From Takakia lepidozioides (Eukaryota > Plantae > Bryophyta): DNA of 64,000 nt. Made by a program: the position numbers and the translations under genes. Numbering within the stretch: the first letter of the stretch is position 1; the number at the start of each line of letters is the position of its first letter. A model generated the notes under the pieces. It searched no databases, was not told the DNA's origin, and was given only the letters and a program-made list of their open reading frames with translations. The stretch is taken from assembly GCA_030704615.1 (NCBI GenBank), contig CM060734.1, positions 8,184,001 to 8,248,000 of the forward strand, given 5' to 3'. This document shows positions 34,929-47,752 of this stretch, one piece after another.

Positions 34929-37049
34929 TCATGGTCTTGTACGCAGCTCAAGCAATGAGCATAGAACAGCTCTAGCTTGAGTTCGTCTCACATCTTCAGT
35001 CGCAATGGTGTGGTAGAAGAGAGAGTAATGGTGGTCTGCCCATATTTCTGTTGGCATTGGCGAGGTGTGCTTCCACTGTAAGGGCGTCGCCCGTCTGCGG
35101 AGGATATGTCGATGCAGCTGGTGGTGTGATGTCAAGGCCCCATAGAGCCCGCTGCGGTGAATGGGAGCAGCGAATGGGCAGCAGTGAATGGGAGTCCAGG
35201 TAGAGCCAGCGGCTGTGGCGGCAAGGGTCTGGTTGATGGTGGCGGCTCTTTGGTCGCTCGAGTATCTCTATACAGCAGGGGAACAGCCCGTTCAGGCTGT
35301 TGATATGCGGCTCGAACTGGATGACTTCAGCTGTGTGGTGGAAGCGAGTGGATCGAATGGAAGCTGGTCTGGATTGAGGTCCGCACGACAGGCCTGCACT
35401 TTGGGATAGGAGTCATATGCGAAGACAGAAAGCTGATAGAAAGTGGCGGGCATTTCATCTTCTTTACCGTGGAGGTCTACCTTAAAGAGGGACTTCACTC
35501 TCTGGACGCTGAATGTTGCGCTGAAGTGGGAGAGGGCAGCAGAAACACAGTCCCCCTTCGCACAATGTTTCGACCTCTTTGGCTTTGACCTTTTGACATG
35601 AGCAGTTCTCCGCCCTTACTTTTTCCTCGCTCTTTCCCTGTGTTCCTTCTCCTTTCGTCACCATACTACTGCCTCAATCAGAGGGTGGCGACCATACTGC
35701 CGTTTAAGTGTCCAGGAAACTGATGACATCAAGGAAGCTACCAGCTTGTTCCTGAAGACGAGGGGTCGAATGTCACTGTTCTGGCTGCCACAGGAGCATG
35801 TGACCTGCCCATAGGGACCTGGTGCCTGAACAAGTGAAGTGGCTGGAGGATGGAGCATGGCGTCAGGAAATGGAAAGAGAGCAGTGAAGGGGTTTCTACA
35901 TATAAGGCCCTGCAACTGGTTGTCAGCCCAGCATGCGCTAGCTAGGACCATGACCTGAAGCAGCTGCTAAGTCGCTGGGAGGTCCGTGAAGCTGAACTTG
36001 CCCAAATGCGGGAGGTTGTCATGGAGGGAGCTAAGACAGTCAGTGTACTGCAGCTGCCTTGGTGGGGAAAGTGAATGCGAGACTGGCAGCTCAACTGGGC
36101 ATTGGGATAGATTTTGCTTGGTGATGGGATCGTAATTCAGTAGCAGGCTGATTGGAGTTAAAGAGGTTTGGTCATGCCAGTGTCCGAGCAGCCAGTGAAT
36201 TTTGGGCCAGATTTTTGAAGGTATGTTGCATGGCAGTAGGCAGTGTTCCAGAGATTCTGAAACCCCAAGCGAGCAGCATAAGCAGAGCAGTGCACGGGTG
36301 AATTGAAGCCAACGCCCTACCTTTAGAATTCTATGTGCGATCTGCCAGAGAAAGACAGCCAGCTTTGCATCGTGTGTGACAGCTTTGCAGGATGTTTGAT
36401 TGAGGGCAACAGTGCATAGCGAGGCCAGTGATTTGAATGCCGCTGAAATCTGTCACGGAAATGACCTGATTAGGTCTGGCTGAGCATGTAACCCAAGTGT
36501 CGGGCAATGGAGGCAACGGCCCTGCTGGAGGATTCATATCCAAGATGCAGGGATGGTCTGGATGATGCTGGCATAACCTGCATTTCCTCTGGCTGTTCCT
36601 ACAATCTGGTTTATGTGCCCTGGCACTATAGTGTTGATGCTGACCATATATTCTTGATCTGTGCAATTTCATGGTGATCCCAGGCAGACCACCTCTCCGC
36701 ATATCCACGGTCAATCTTGTTGTGAAGAAGGAGGGGCAGGGGCAGGAAGCTAGTAGGTATAGGAGCTGACGATAGACTGAGCTGCTGTGTAGCAGCTATT
36801 CCCCGCTCAGTGTCCAGAGGGGATGCTGTGGCCTCCGAACTGCGCAAGTACTTGTCTCTGATCTCTGGGTGTCGTCAATGGTGTCTCCTTGCTGATTTTG
36901 ATCTCTATTAAAAGAGTGTATATCAAGTGCACAGGGGACTCGTCTCTCGAGGGTTCACTGGGAAGAATCGCTTCACGACCTCCATCGTCACCACGGTTTG
37001 TGGTAGAAGACGGTTGGGATTCCAAAGCATGGTGAGCTGTTGAACTCAA
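34929..37049 (-). pseudogene. Decayed hypothetical gene in the nested insert
   Basis: Chain of same-strand ORF fragments, including a Cys/His-rich stretch (CRLCQHHPDHPC). Upstream GGGAACC motifs and an A-tract at 37177-37208. No family recognised. Confidence 0.3.
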
Positions 37050-37172
37050 ATGAAATGGAGGGGAACAGCAGGCACGTGGCCAGGGAACCTAGGATGCCAT
37101 ATAGAACTTAGGGAACCGGGAACCAGTTACCAGATATTTTGGGTGTAACTTTGAATTTTTAAACTTGAAAAC

Positions 37173-37211
<39 letters not shown>

Positions 37212-37436
37212 CTTTTTAATCTAATTTGAATGATTTGGAGCCAAATTCATCATATCTTTGTCAAATGGACTCTGTTTGACCCAGTTTTTGGGGGGATAGC
37301 TGGTTTCTGTTTTGGGGACTCTGCTAAAAATCTATGGAATTTTTAGAGTGTGAGTGTGCCATGAAAGATCCACAATCCTGTCTCTAGAACCTGTGCTGGT
37401 CTATATGAGAGACAAATTGGTGGATGTACTCCTTGC

Positions 37437-38186
37437 ATGGCTGGGGGAAATGAGGACATAATTGAAGGGCAGGTCTCTTCTCTTAGTCTGTGCACACAAG
37501 GGGACAGGATTTATGTTCCCCAAGGAACTCAGACTGATTTGAGTGGAGAACAGTTGGACGAGTTGATTGCATACTGGGAGTCAGGCATTAGCAGTAGACA
37601 ACAGACTGCTGTAGTTGGCATTGAGGGCCTCAATATCGCCTTGGACAGTCAGAACTTTGTTGGAGCCAGCAGTTCGGCAGCTGTAGGTGAAATACCAAAG
37701 TGGGTGAAAGCTAGGCTTGGAACACAGCCAAAGACAGCCCCGGGGACCAAGGTGTTCAGTCACAAGGCCGTGGTGTACTGGAGCAGAGGAGCAGGAGCTA
37801 CACAAGTTTGTGCAATCAGACATGGTTGCAGCCGGATACGCTCTGCACAGGGCAACCACGAGCGGGGGTTCATCAGCAATGACATGTTTGTTGTGCGTGA
37901 AGGAGATGCAGTCATTCGCAATGAGGACACCCGCAACCGTCTCAAAGCTTTCGAGTTGAGAGACTATCAGACCCTACCTTTGTTTTCTTTAGTGTTCAGT
38001 GAGCGGGAGATAGGGGAGTATTGCTTTGTCTCTACCTGGCAGAAAGAGGAGGAGGGTTGGTTAGAGCGAGCTACTGTAGCTTGGGACAAGGTTAGTGGCA
38101 GGTTTCTGGACATAGATATACCTCCTGCACCTTACCATCACGCAGAGCGAGGCACTTTGAGAGAAGTCTGGAAGTTGATAGCATAG
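37437..38186 (+). CDS. Orphan 249-aa protein carried by the TG..CA element
   Basis: Intact ATG-TAG ORF; second near-identical copy at 16982. Confidence 0.7.
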   Translation: MAGGNEDIIEGQVSSLSLCTQGDRIYVPQGTQTDLSGEQLDELIAYWESGISSRQQTAVVGIEGLNIALDSQNFVGASSSAAVGEIPKWVKARLGTQPKTAPGTKVFSHKAVVYWSRGAGATQVCAIRHGCSRIRSAQGNHERGFISNDMFVVREGDAVIRNEDTRNRLKAFELRDYQTLPLFSLVFSEREIGEYCFVSTWQKEEEGWLERATVAWDKVSGRFLDIDIPPAPYHHAERGTLREVWKLIA

Positions 38187-38441
38187 ATCAGGATTAGATC
38201 TTGCTTGGGCGGGCTTCTATTCTTCCCCTCCATCTCTGTACTATTTTCATTACCTTGTACTCGTAGTTGCCAAAGCCTCTCTTGGTGGAGGCCAGTCAGT
38301 CCGGGGTTTTGGGCTGGGATATTCTGCAGGATCAGCATTGCAGCTGGATTTTGGTGTGGGGGTGTTGATGTATTGTGCATTATATGTGTGGTGTGGTTTG
38401 GACAGCGATGTAGTTGTGTAGCGATATGTATGCGCACGACA

Positions 38442-38600
38442 CCTTTGCCATGGCCACTGCCAAAAAAGCTCCAAATTATCTTGCACCCTCCTGTCATGTT
38501 AGGATACTTGCTGACAAAAAACCAAGGTTTACAGCTTTTGAATTGTGCAGCGCACCCGTCAAACCAGATCCAATGCTGCTTGGGTGCGAAGTTGATACGG
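38442..38600 (-). pseudogene. Sola2-like DDD transposase, upstream exon
   Basis: PKQHWIWFDGCAAQFKSCKPWFFVSKYPNMTGGCKIIWSFFGSGHGKG matches the (S)DGCxxQFK ... WxFFxxxHGKGxxDG signature. Sola2 assignment is from memory of that motif. Confidence 0.7.
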
Positions 38601-38611
38601 CTTGGAAAGAG

Positions 38612-39100
38612 TGTTATGTACTAATTCATACCCTTGGAAAACTAGAAAGTTGACTCATATCATGATAAGGTTCCTCGAACAAGGATCCTTCCCTAGTCTC
38701 TACTTCCCATTACAACAGCTTGTTGTAAAGCTAAGAGGTAAACCGGAAATTTCTCGACCCTATGCCGGTCCAGTTTGTTTCAGACTATCTGGAGCAGCAG
38801 AGGGATGTGTTCTCTGTTGGGGTTCAACTCCCCACCGGATACACCAAGTCTTCTAGATACGTAAGGAATGCCTCACTCTTTATAGGGCCCACCCCCGAAA
38901 GGGGGTAGTAGCCGCAAGGCGAAGTGGCTCTTAGATACGCCGGCTCCGGCCGGAGTCTTCTCTCTCTGCCTCACTCTGTGGTTTGTGGGTGTCTGATTGG
39001 CACATGTACTGGCAGAAGAAGAGGGAATAGTGAAGTTCAAACTTCACCAACAACCTACACTCAATTCGACATTGAGTCTGGACTGCTATTCTCCACTTCT
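38612..39100 (-). mobile_element. Probable LTR fragment (one terminus at 38612; far boundary uncertain)
   Basis: TGTTATG begins just beyond where transposase homology stops; minus-strand TATAAAG at ~38880. Confidence 0.4.
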
Positions 39101-40399
39101 ATATTGCCCCCATAAAGAAGAGGAGAATAACAGTGAAGACACAATCGGAGGTGAGACCTAACAACTGATCACTTCACTTCGGTGCTTTAGCCAACAGGTC
39201 TGTCAAGTCACTGGGCAGGAGCGCCGGAAGATTCCACCCAACCCACTCAACACTGTTGAGCTACAAAAACAAGCTTCTCGTTATTCTCGCATGGGTTTGG
39301 AGCAAACCATGAAGGTAGGATGGTCGGCACTAAGTTTTCTCTTGAGTACCATTGGCTATGCCTGACCAGTGGGTTCCAGTCAAGAGTCCCATGTGGTACA
39401 AAGGGCAGATACCTACACTTTGATCTGTTGGTCATGATTCTGAGAGTAATTACCAATCAGGCACCCCACATGGAACCAGTTAGAGCTAGTAGAAAACAGA
39501 AGGTTGCTCTCCTCATCCATGGATAGGACAACTGTAGTTAGAAAAAGAGGTTACCAATGTGTTTATGGCTGCAGTATGTACAAAGCTTTGGTGGTGTAGC
39601 TTTACTTTGAGCACATCTGGGACTCACAATTTGATTAAGATAGCTGCATAAATGTGTTCAAGTAGCAGAGGATCAAGCAGGATTTATTAGCTATCCTCGG
39701 ACAGATTCCCAGAAAATCAGGATCTTCAGGTGCTAATTCTTTTTGCAATCCCTCTAGTTGTTTCAATGTGGTGAAAATTTCTTAAATTCAGTTACCTATG
39801 CACTGACTCATGGCAGGTGCTTACCTTTCTACACCCTGATTTGTCCCCTTCCCAACTGTCTGCCCCCATTAGAGGTTTCATAAAGCTTCCCTTTTCCTAG
39901 TGGTTGTTATCTTGCATGTGAGCTTAGCGACTAAGCAAGGCTGGAGATAGGGTAAGATGACAGTAGATGCTGCAGAGACTAATGACTGAGCAAATGAAGG
40001 TGAATAGTCAAACATGGCAAGGCCAAGGGTTAGGCCTTTAGATAGCAAGCAGCAAATACCAAGGGGTATTCTCAGAGCAGGGAATCCTCAGGGAGGATCT
40101 GATGTGAGTGTTTGGGGAGGGAGCCACACAGGCCTGTTCTTGATAAGTAAGACTAAGAGCATAGCATGCTATGGTACTCCTTGGCAAGTAGCAAGATGAG
40201 GATTCAACCATCACATCACCGCATTCACTAAAGGCATGAACAGAATCAAGACACAAGGAACAAACAAGGAATTTTGTGACAAGACCCCACCTCTCTGTTT
40301 TTCTTTCCTTGCCCTCTCTCCCTCTCTCGGGCTCTCTCCTTCTCTCTCCCTTTCTTTTGTGCTACTCACCAAAAACAAAAAAAACCAGAACTTGTAGAT

Positions 40400-40600
40400 T
40401 GTGACCTTCATTGAGACCGTGATGTACATGTGATGGGTGTAATTTTTTGGATATCCCATTAATATTTCCACCTCCATGTGATTTACATAGCGTAGAGTCT
40501 TGGTGCCAATTTGCATCACTTGCTCCAGTTGCACATTGTTGTTTTTGTGGGAGTCGTTTGACACAGCCACCTAAGTCGTGGCAGTCATAACATCCATTTC
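40400..40600 (-). pseudogene. Possible C5-cytosine DNA methyltransferase C-terminal fragment
   Basis: LRYVNHMEVEILMGYPKNYT resembles motif IX (RxLxxxExExL(M/L)G(F/Y)PxxxT). Confidence 0.35.
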
Positions 40601-40765
40601 AGGATCCATCATCATCATCGAGCGAGAGAGAGAGAGAGAGAGAGATGATTGCAAGACCATTGATTAATCATAGAAATAAGCTATAATATGCATGTACATG
40701 TACAATCAATCGAAGAGATGGGTATAGTTCGGTGCGAGAATTATTATGTAGCTTTGATTATGTGT

Positions 40766-43700
40766 CTAATCAACTTGAACATCATCATCCGGAGCTTCTT
40801 CATCCTCATCAAGCTGCAAGTCTTCTTGGTCATCGGAGTCATCGTCATAAATGGCCCGGCCCTCAAAAGGCACCTCCAAATCATCCTCCACCTCGTTGTC
40901 AATGGCCGTGTCTTCATCTCCTTGTCCAACATCCGTATCTTCTGGAGCTTCATCATATAGGGTCCGGGATGCATGCTCCAGGGCGTCATCATCCTCTTCT
41001 ACCCCCTCTACCCAACCTCCATCATCAGCATCATTATGACCAATCCGTCCCTCCACCGTAATTGCCTCACCCCGTGGAGATCCGAGATCATGATAGATAC
41101 GTCTTCCTCTTGGCTGAGCATGCACAACCACCTTCCAATTTCCCCCTCTTGTTTTGTCATCGGAAAAGAAAACTTGCTCCATGTCTGAAGGAAATGCAAG
41201 ACGCGCATGAAACCACAATCATCTCGCACTAGGCGGAGGGCCCCACAAGATGTGGCTGGAACCACCTTCCATTGAAGAGAAGAGGCCGGTACCTTGTATA
41301 CTGAAGTTGGAGTATGCTCTCAAGCTCTCCAATGTACTCAAGTTTTCTCATAGCAAGTCGTGTATCTCCCTTGCCCCACACGGAGTCTTGCCAATATGTG
41401 GTACACAAGCTAGAATCAAACGTTGTTTTGCGCTTCATGTCAAGAGCACGAATGCGGAAATGACGATCGTGATCCCAAACCGCCATGTATGAGGTCGCGA
41501 ATTGAGAGGGGCCCCTTGCAAGGTCTTGCACCATATCGGAAACCACCTCACCTTGAGAAACGGCGTCATAAACTGAAGTCTTGAGCCACTGTTGGAATGA
41601 ACTTAGAGGTTGCAATTCCACGGGCAAATCTTGTAAAGGAACATTCTGGCGGTTCGCTCCTCGTCGACGGTGTCTAGTAACCGGCATTGGATGGTTCCGC
41701 CTCCATGCAAGCGTCTCCTCCTCTCGTTGTTGAACAAGGTTATTGTATCTTGCTTCCCACTCATGTATGGATGAGGTGTTATTCAGTATGAAGTCATGCG
41801 CTTGCTCAATAACCAAGGTCGGCAATTTTACCCTCTTCAATTTTTTGGGCAAAACGATGTCTTTGGTTCATGCATCCTCCTCTTCTTTCCACATCCGAGG
41901 GGCTTTCTCATCCACCCTTGCCATGTATTCTATGCAATAGAACATAGCTTCTTGCAATGTATACCCCTCCGGGTGCGCCATTTGTCTTACAAATATTTCA
42001 AAGTCTTCATGTAACGCTCAAGGAAGTACATCCACCGAGAATGAATGGGGCCGGCAATCGAAGCCTCTTCCACTAAGTGCACTACCAAGTGCACTTGGAT
42101 GTCAAAGAAGGAGGGATGAAGGTTCATCTCCAACATACACATTACCTCCACCACCTCCTTCTTCATTCGTGGAAAATCCGCTTCCTCCAACTCTTTGGAG
42201 CAAATCCACCGGAAGAAGCCTCCCAATCTGTAGATTGTCTCGCAAACCTCGGGAGTCAATGTGCCACGTACTGCAATGGGCAAGATGTCTTGCAAAATAT
42301 TGTGGTAGTCATGAGACTTCAAACCATGGACCCCGTCTTCGTTGAACTTCATACGGAGGGATGACCCATAACCAGTTGGTAGCACCTATGGTGGCTATCA
42401 CATTCTTGTATTCCTCCTTTGTCTATTGCCAAGGTGCGCGCCTATACTTCCACCGTACAACACCCTTTGGGTCCACACCATTTTGTTCGGCCCATAGATG
42501 GCGCATGTGACCCTGCTCCTCAAGCTCCTTTCTAACACCAAGAGAATCTCATTTTGCAGCCACTCCTTTCTTTGCCGGCGTGCCATAAAGAACCTGAAAA
42601 AGGGATGAGCAGACATTTTCTCAATATGCATGGGATCTAGAAGATGGCGAATCTTCAGGTCCTACATATATCCCCACCCACAAATACTTACACAATTTTT
42701 TTGACGTGAAAGTGACAATGCAACGCATATCGAATGTGCAATATCACATGCATGCATAGGGATATTGATGGTGTTTTTGTGGAATACGTACCGCCCAATA
42801 TGGCAATTCGTAGAAGATTGAAAATCGCTTCATGCCGGGCACGTCCACTTCATTGACCGTGCCCGCATGGGCCTCCTTCCATCGGTCTTCCCAAAATTGC
42901 CCAGATGGTGTCACGGGGGGGTGGGGGGGGGACGTATCTCCTCTTTGCCATCAAACAAGTGTTTCTCTCTTCTTCTCCATCGATGGCTCATAGGAAGAAA
43001 CTTGCGGTAGTTGGGATACACCATCTTGCGAAGATGGCGGGAGCTATGTGCATCAAGATCATCGCCACAATGCAAGCGTGCATGGTACCCTTTGGTGCTT
43101 AGCCCCAAGTAAACAGTTAGTCCTGTACACATCCCGCCACATTAGCCAAGACAAGAAGTTCTCATGTGCATGGCCCATAGTGCCATCTACCCCACTATGG
43201 CGCACAAGATTGTCGCCTTGACAAGACTATCCGGCCTTAACAAGTAAATGTACGCGGGTTCTTCATGGGGAACATAATATACCTGGATAATCATGCATTG
43301 TCCAAAGCAATATGTCTCTCATCTAAAAAGATTGTCCGGCCATAGGGTCAAGTGAAGCATCCAATGCCAGGACCCCCCTCCATACCTCCTTAAGTTCATC
43401 AACTAAAGGTCGCAAGTACGTGTCCATGTTTGCCACTTGTTTTTTCCCTATGAGACATTCACATCATTGTTTCAATACTCCACCAATATGCAAATTACTA
43501 CATAATGAATTACACGTCTTACTCCATGATTATGTCACTCATCAATCTTGCATCCAAATTGCGCCAGAGATCATAAGATTAATGTAAAGTCCAAGGGAAT
43601 AATAAGCACGAAATGGGAACACTCACCTGGTACAATGGCAGCCAACATGATATGGCCTTTTTTTTATTGAAAGATACGGAGGGATGTTGTAATTCACCAA

Positions 43701-46253
43701 GGTCACCGGCCAAGTGGAATGACTACATGACTGGACAGAGTATGGGTTGACCCCATCCGAGGAGAAGCCGAGGCAGACATGTCGTGGGTCCTCCAAGAGA
43801 AAATGCCACATCTCTTCAATATGCCTCCATGCTTGTGAATCTTGTGGCCCGCCATCCCATTAGGACACATAATACAACACCCTTATGTCTTTCCCTTTAT
43901 ACCGCATCTCCCTCATTTGGGCGTGAATGGTCAAAACCGAACGTCGCTAGTATTACTCACTCCTTCCAAATCCACAATCAGATCTTGCATGAGTACTACT
44001 CTCTAAACCCTAAACTTTGTGGAATATACTTGACATGCATTGATAAGATTAAAGAAGAAAATTTCCATGCGAGGGGGAATGGCGCTTATACCTTGCATGG
44101 TACTTTTTTCCCTTTGACATCATCCCGATATCGGTCTTCCTTGCACTTGGTGAGACGCGAATCCTCTCCCGTAGTATAGGGTTTTATCACATGGACATGC
44201 ATGAAAAATCTTATAGCCCATCCCCACGGAGTCCAACACTTCGCGCGCCTCTTTCCGCGACCGTGGCATCTTGGGTTTCAAGTATGGAGCAAGGATATAG
44301 TCCGTAATAGTTCGCATTATGGCAGACATCCCAACATTACTTATGCCAAATCGAACTTGAAGATTGAGCAATAGTAAGATTGTTGAAAGTCGACTCACTT
44401 TCACCTCTTCATACAAGGGAGTTCTCGCCTCCCTCTCCATGTCATTTGAGGGGCCCATTTCAGGATCAGCGATTGGCCTGGTTTCTTCTCCATGGGTTGC
44501 ATCAGCGCCTATATGATGCATTAAGAGATCATCCATAGCTTGCACATCCTCTTGGTTAATTCCATCCTCACTGCTACTATCAATGTCACTGTCATCGTCA
44601 TCATCGTTCGCGGGTACTTGATCAACGGTGGGGGCGGCGTCTCGCCCACAGCTCCCACCTAATGTACTTGGGTTGTTTTCGGATGGGGTCCCCCAAGAAA
44701 GCACCGGGAAGGGATGGACAATGTCCTGATACTAATAAATGAACATACGGGCATATATTATAATGTAAGCGAAATGCAAACAACAACCTTCAATGTGTGC
44801 ATGCATCAAATATGTCATTCAATAATTATATGTATGTGCGCAACGTCATGCATGCAAAGTTTCAAACCCAAACAAAATCATTTGCCCCCCTAAGGACGCG
44901 TTCACCCTATCAACCAATTTTTGTTTATTAATGTGAAAGAAAATCCTCTCATGTCATTGCACCCATCAATTCTTAGAGCTGTACACACTGAAATCATCCA
45001 AGAACACCTGCATGAAATCATCCAGATACTCATGAAAAGATTCACTTATCACTCTCTGAAAGGTTGCTGGTGCATTACAAAGTCCAAAAGGCATGACTTT
45101 GTATGCATAAGCACCCCAGTCTGTGATAAAAGCTGTCTTTCCCTAGTCTTCTTCTGCCACTTGCACTTGATTATAACCACCGAAGTCATCCATGAATGAG
45201 TACATCTCATGGCCTGCCACAGTGTCCAATACCGCTTCTGTGAATGGCGGAGGAGATGAAAGTGGAGGTGGTTGAGGATGTAATACCGGAGGCACAGCCG
45301 GGGGTACAACGTCCGGATCAGGTACTACCGGAGGTGGATTAGGCAAAGAAACAGACGGGGGTGGGGGGCCCACAATCGGCCTGCAAGTTGCTACTGCATG
45401 TACGGCGTGGAGAATCATCAGATAAGGACACTGGATCAGGGGGACCGCCTGAGGAAACCGGAGGGGGGGGGTGGGCCTGCTCGCCGCCGGCCATAACGCC
45501 TGTGACACCTACAATACCCCTTGACCCTACGCATATCATCTATGTGGTGCTGGGGGAACCAACTTGTCACATCGGGCACAGGCTCTGGCACAAATTTTGC
45601 AAGCAGACCGGCGCGAAATGCCTCCCGTGCAATGTGATTGCGAGCTTGGGCATCAAGTCGTGGCTGCAATATGCGTAGTATACGACGCATCACTACTTAT
45701 ATCGTAATTTGGTTTCATGTATGCTTACCAATCATACTATATTATTAGATATACCAAATGTACTATGAATGAAGGTTAATGAGAGGGGGTGGAAAAAGAC
45801 TCACCTTTGCCGCATCTGCACTGAAGTTCCTCGCGTAATGTTTTTCGACAATATGCAGTCGCCGCCTCGGTGGTCTGGTGCCGCCCGGCGGTATCCGTGC
45901 CCAACACTTAGTGCACCAACACTCAATCCTGTCGGGGGGGGGGGGGGGTCGGGGGGGTCAAAGGTGGACGTGCGTGGGCGTTGTGCCTCTGGACTAGCAG
46001 GGCTCTCATCACTGGGTGGTCCGCGAGGGGGCAACCCGTGGCGAGCCCGACTCGATCCCGGAGTGTCAACATCCTCCGCATCACCTGAAATTTGACCCCG
46101 GTCCCTTCTACAATTGTGTCCGCCAGCCTGTATTGGATCAGGTGCAACGGGTCGCTCCTGACCAGGAAACACGGTTGGAATTGGGCCCCATTCGATCTGT
46201 GGCACCGCCTGCCCATCCTCGAGGGAGACAGGTCGATGTTTCCTCACCATCAC
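40766..46253 (-). mobile_element. CACTA/En-Spm transposase gene relic (Transposase_21/Tnp2, DUF4218, DUF4216), multi-exon
   Basis: HACPCDKTLY; DPRHVCLGFSSDGVNPY..STWPVTLVNYNIPP; GLKSHDYH; FFDIQVHLVVHLVEE..GPIHSRWMYFLERYMKTLK; FPSDMEQVFFSDD...WKVV. Termini not found. Confidence 0.92.
44960..45245 (-). mobile_element. Ty3/Gypsy (non-chromovirus, Athila/Tat-like) RT fragment inside the CACTA gene
   Basis: PFTEAVLDTVAGHEMYSFMDDFGGYNQV..KTAFITDWG..VMPFGLCNAPATFQR..QVFLDDFSVY. Confidence 0.9.
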
Positions 46254-46365
46254 ATCCTAATTAAAAAGAAGGTGGACGCGTTGCCGAAGCAAGCGTAACT
46301 TATGGTGTCACTTGACCCAGAAAGGCTACTGCCTTCCGGTAGGAAGGTGGACACCTTTGTAACAA

Positions 46366-46436
46366 CCAACGGGGTGGTTTGAACCCACAACCACTTGTAA
46401 GAGGGTATATGCCCTTACAACTGGGCTACATGTTGA
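46366..46436 (-). other. tRNA-derived sequence (A/B boxes, D- and T-arms; anticodon arm degenerate)
   Basis: Minus strand reads TAGCCCAGTTGTAAGGGC (D-arm) ... GTGGGTTCAAACCAC (T-arm), with CAAC/GTTG as an acceptor remnant. Confidence 0.6.
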
Positions 46437-47190
46437 TTGTTCATCCTAATTAACACACACCACCCCCACTTTCATTTCTCAAAACTCATTGGCAGAAAAA
46501 ACCCTATGTCCCTTTTCCACCCTACAACAACAAGGGGTCGCTCTGCCCCAGCGCCGGGAGGCCATAGCGACCCTCACAAATTCGAACTTCAAAACCTAAT
46601 ATCAAAAAAATACTGTAAAGAAAAAAAAAAAATCCCAAAAAGACCAGTCCCACATTGCCCAAGGGCCTAGGCCTTTGCCTCAGCCTGAGGCAGCAGCGCG
46701 GTGGCTGGAAGAAATTCAAGCAAACGCTGCAATTCCTCACAAACACTCCAGGGCACATTTAAATTTCCCCCCGACAGGAACTTGCACGGATGAAGATTGG
46801 CTGCTCCATGAATGTAGTCGTTTCAGTTTTCTTCCCTGCCATGGAAAGTATGGGCAGTAAGTGCCAGGTGGGCCTATAGCCACTCGAGACGACGAAGTCC
46901 ATCCCCCCTTCGATGTAAATGCGGCGCCGAATTTCTATCCGGGGGATGGACTTCGGTGGCAGATTTCAAACTATACCCCGTGGATGAGAAAGAGGTATCG
47001 ATTCATCCACCGCTGGCGTGATGAACACGTTACACGATGATTGGTGGGTACGTGTGACCCAGATGCTCCATTATTGGAGCCCGCACTGCTCTTCCGCTTC
47101 TTATCATTTCAAAAATCTAAGGGCTTCGTTGCTGTCCGCAAGGTCATTGTCATCAGCATCAAAGACATCCTCGGGTCCTCTTTTGCAAGG

Positions 47191-47752
47191 ATGCCGTGCT
47201 TCCGGAACCGGGACGACTGCCCTTATGGAGGCTTCGATTATGCAATGTATTCGGCCACATCGGGAGACATCGTTATCTGGTACACAGATTACACAGAAGA
47301 TACTGGTTCGAATGTGGAAACATTGTCCGCTTTTGAGTATATCCCAGGCCAATACGCCTTCGAGCGGGGTGACGATCTTGGTCTGAGGAGTCCGTGGCTC
47401 CTGTGCATCCTTGATTCCAATTTTCCCAGCTACGACGGGCACCCATGCAGAAGAATGCGCACTGCTATGCTGTTGCGGTGGAACTGCTCAGTGGACGTGG
47501 GTGGACTCCATCGGAGAGACTTATACTCCTGAAGGAGTGCGCTCCTCTTCTCCATTGTATGGGGACATTCGCATTGGTGTGGACGACGAAAACATGAAGC
47601 TTTCCATATTCGATGGTGGTATGATTGAAGGGCACGACATTGTGGTGAACATCAACAGGGGCGGTACAACGGCTGCAATCCAGTTTACCTGGAGGAGCCC
47701 GATGACTCATGAGCTAGTTCTCAGAGCAGTCGAAGTCCCATTGACAACGTGA
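47191..47752 (+). pseudogene. Orphan protein X, copy 2 (one frameshift at ~47488)
   Basis: MPCFRNRDDCPYGGFDY...RWNC / QWTWVDS...GGMIEGHDIVV...LVLRAVEVP. Confidence 0.8.

Larger units (their letters stand above)
34485..38441 (+). mobile_element. TG..CA element copy 2 (TGTC...GACA), 4-bp TSD CCTT, with an internal unrelated insert at ~34856-37300
   Basis: Removing it restores the transposase codons CAT GGC AAA GGA CCT CAC GAT. CCTT lies on both flanks. Confidence 0.8.

Noticed and set aside
38885-38930. Ribozyme from two GNRA hairpins (CCCCC-GAAA-GGGGG, GCC-GCAA-GGC)
   Set aside because: No catalytic core recognised; single copy, so no covariation support.
45690-45700. CACTA terminus
   Set aside because: Lies within the transposase gene, in the wrong position; no partner TIR or 3-bp TSD.
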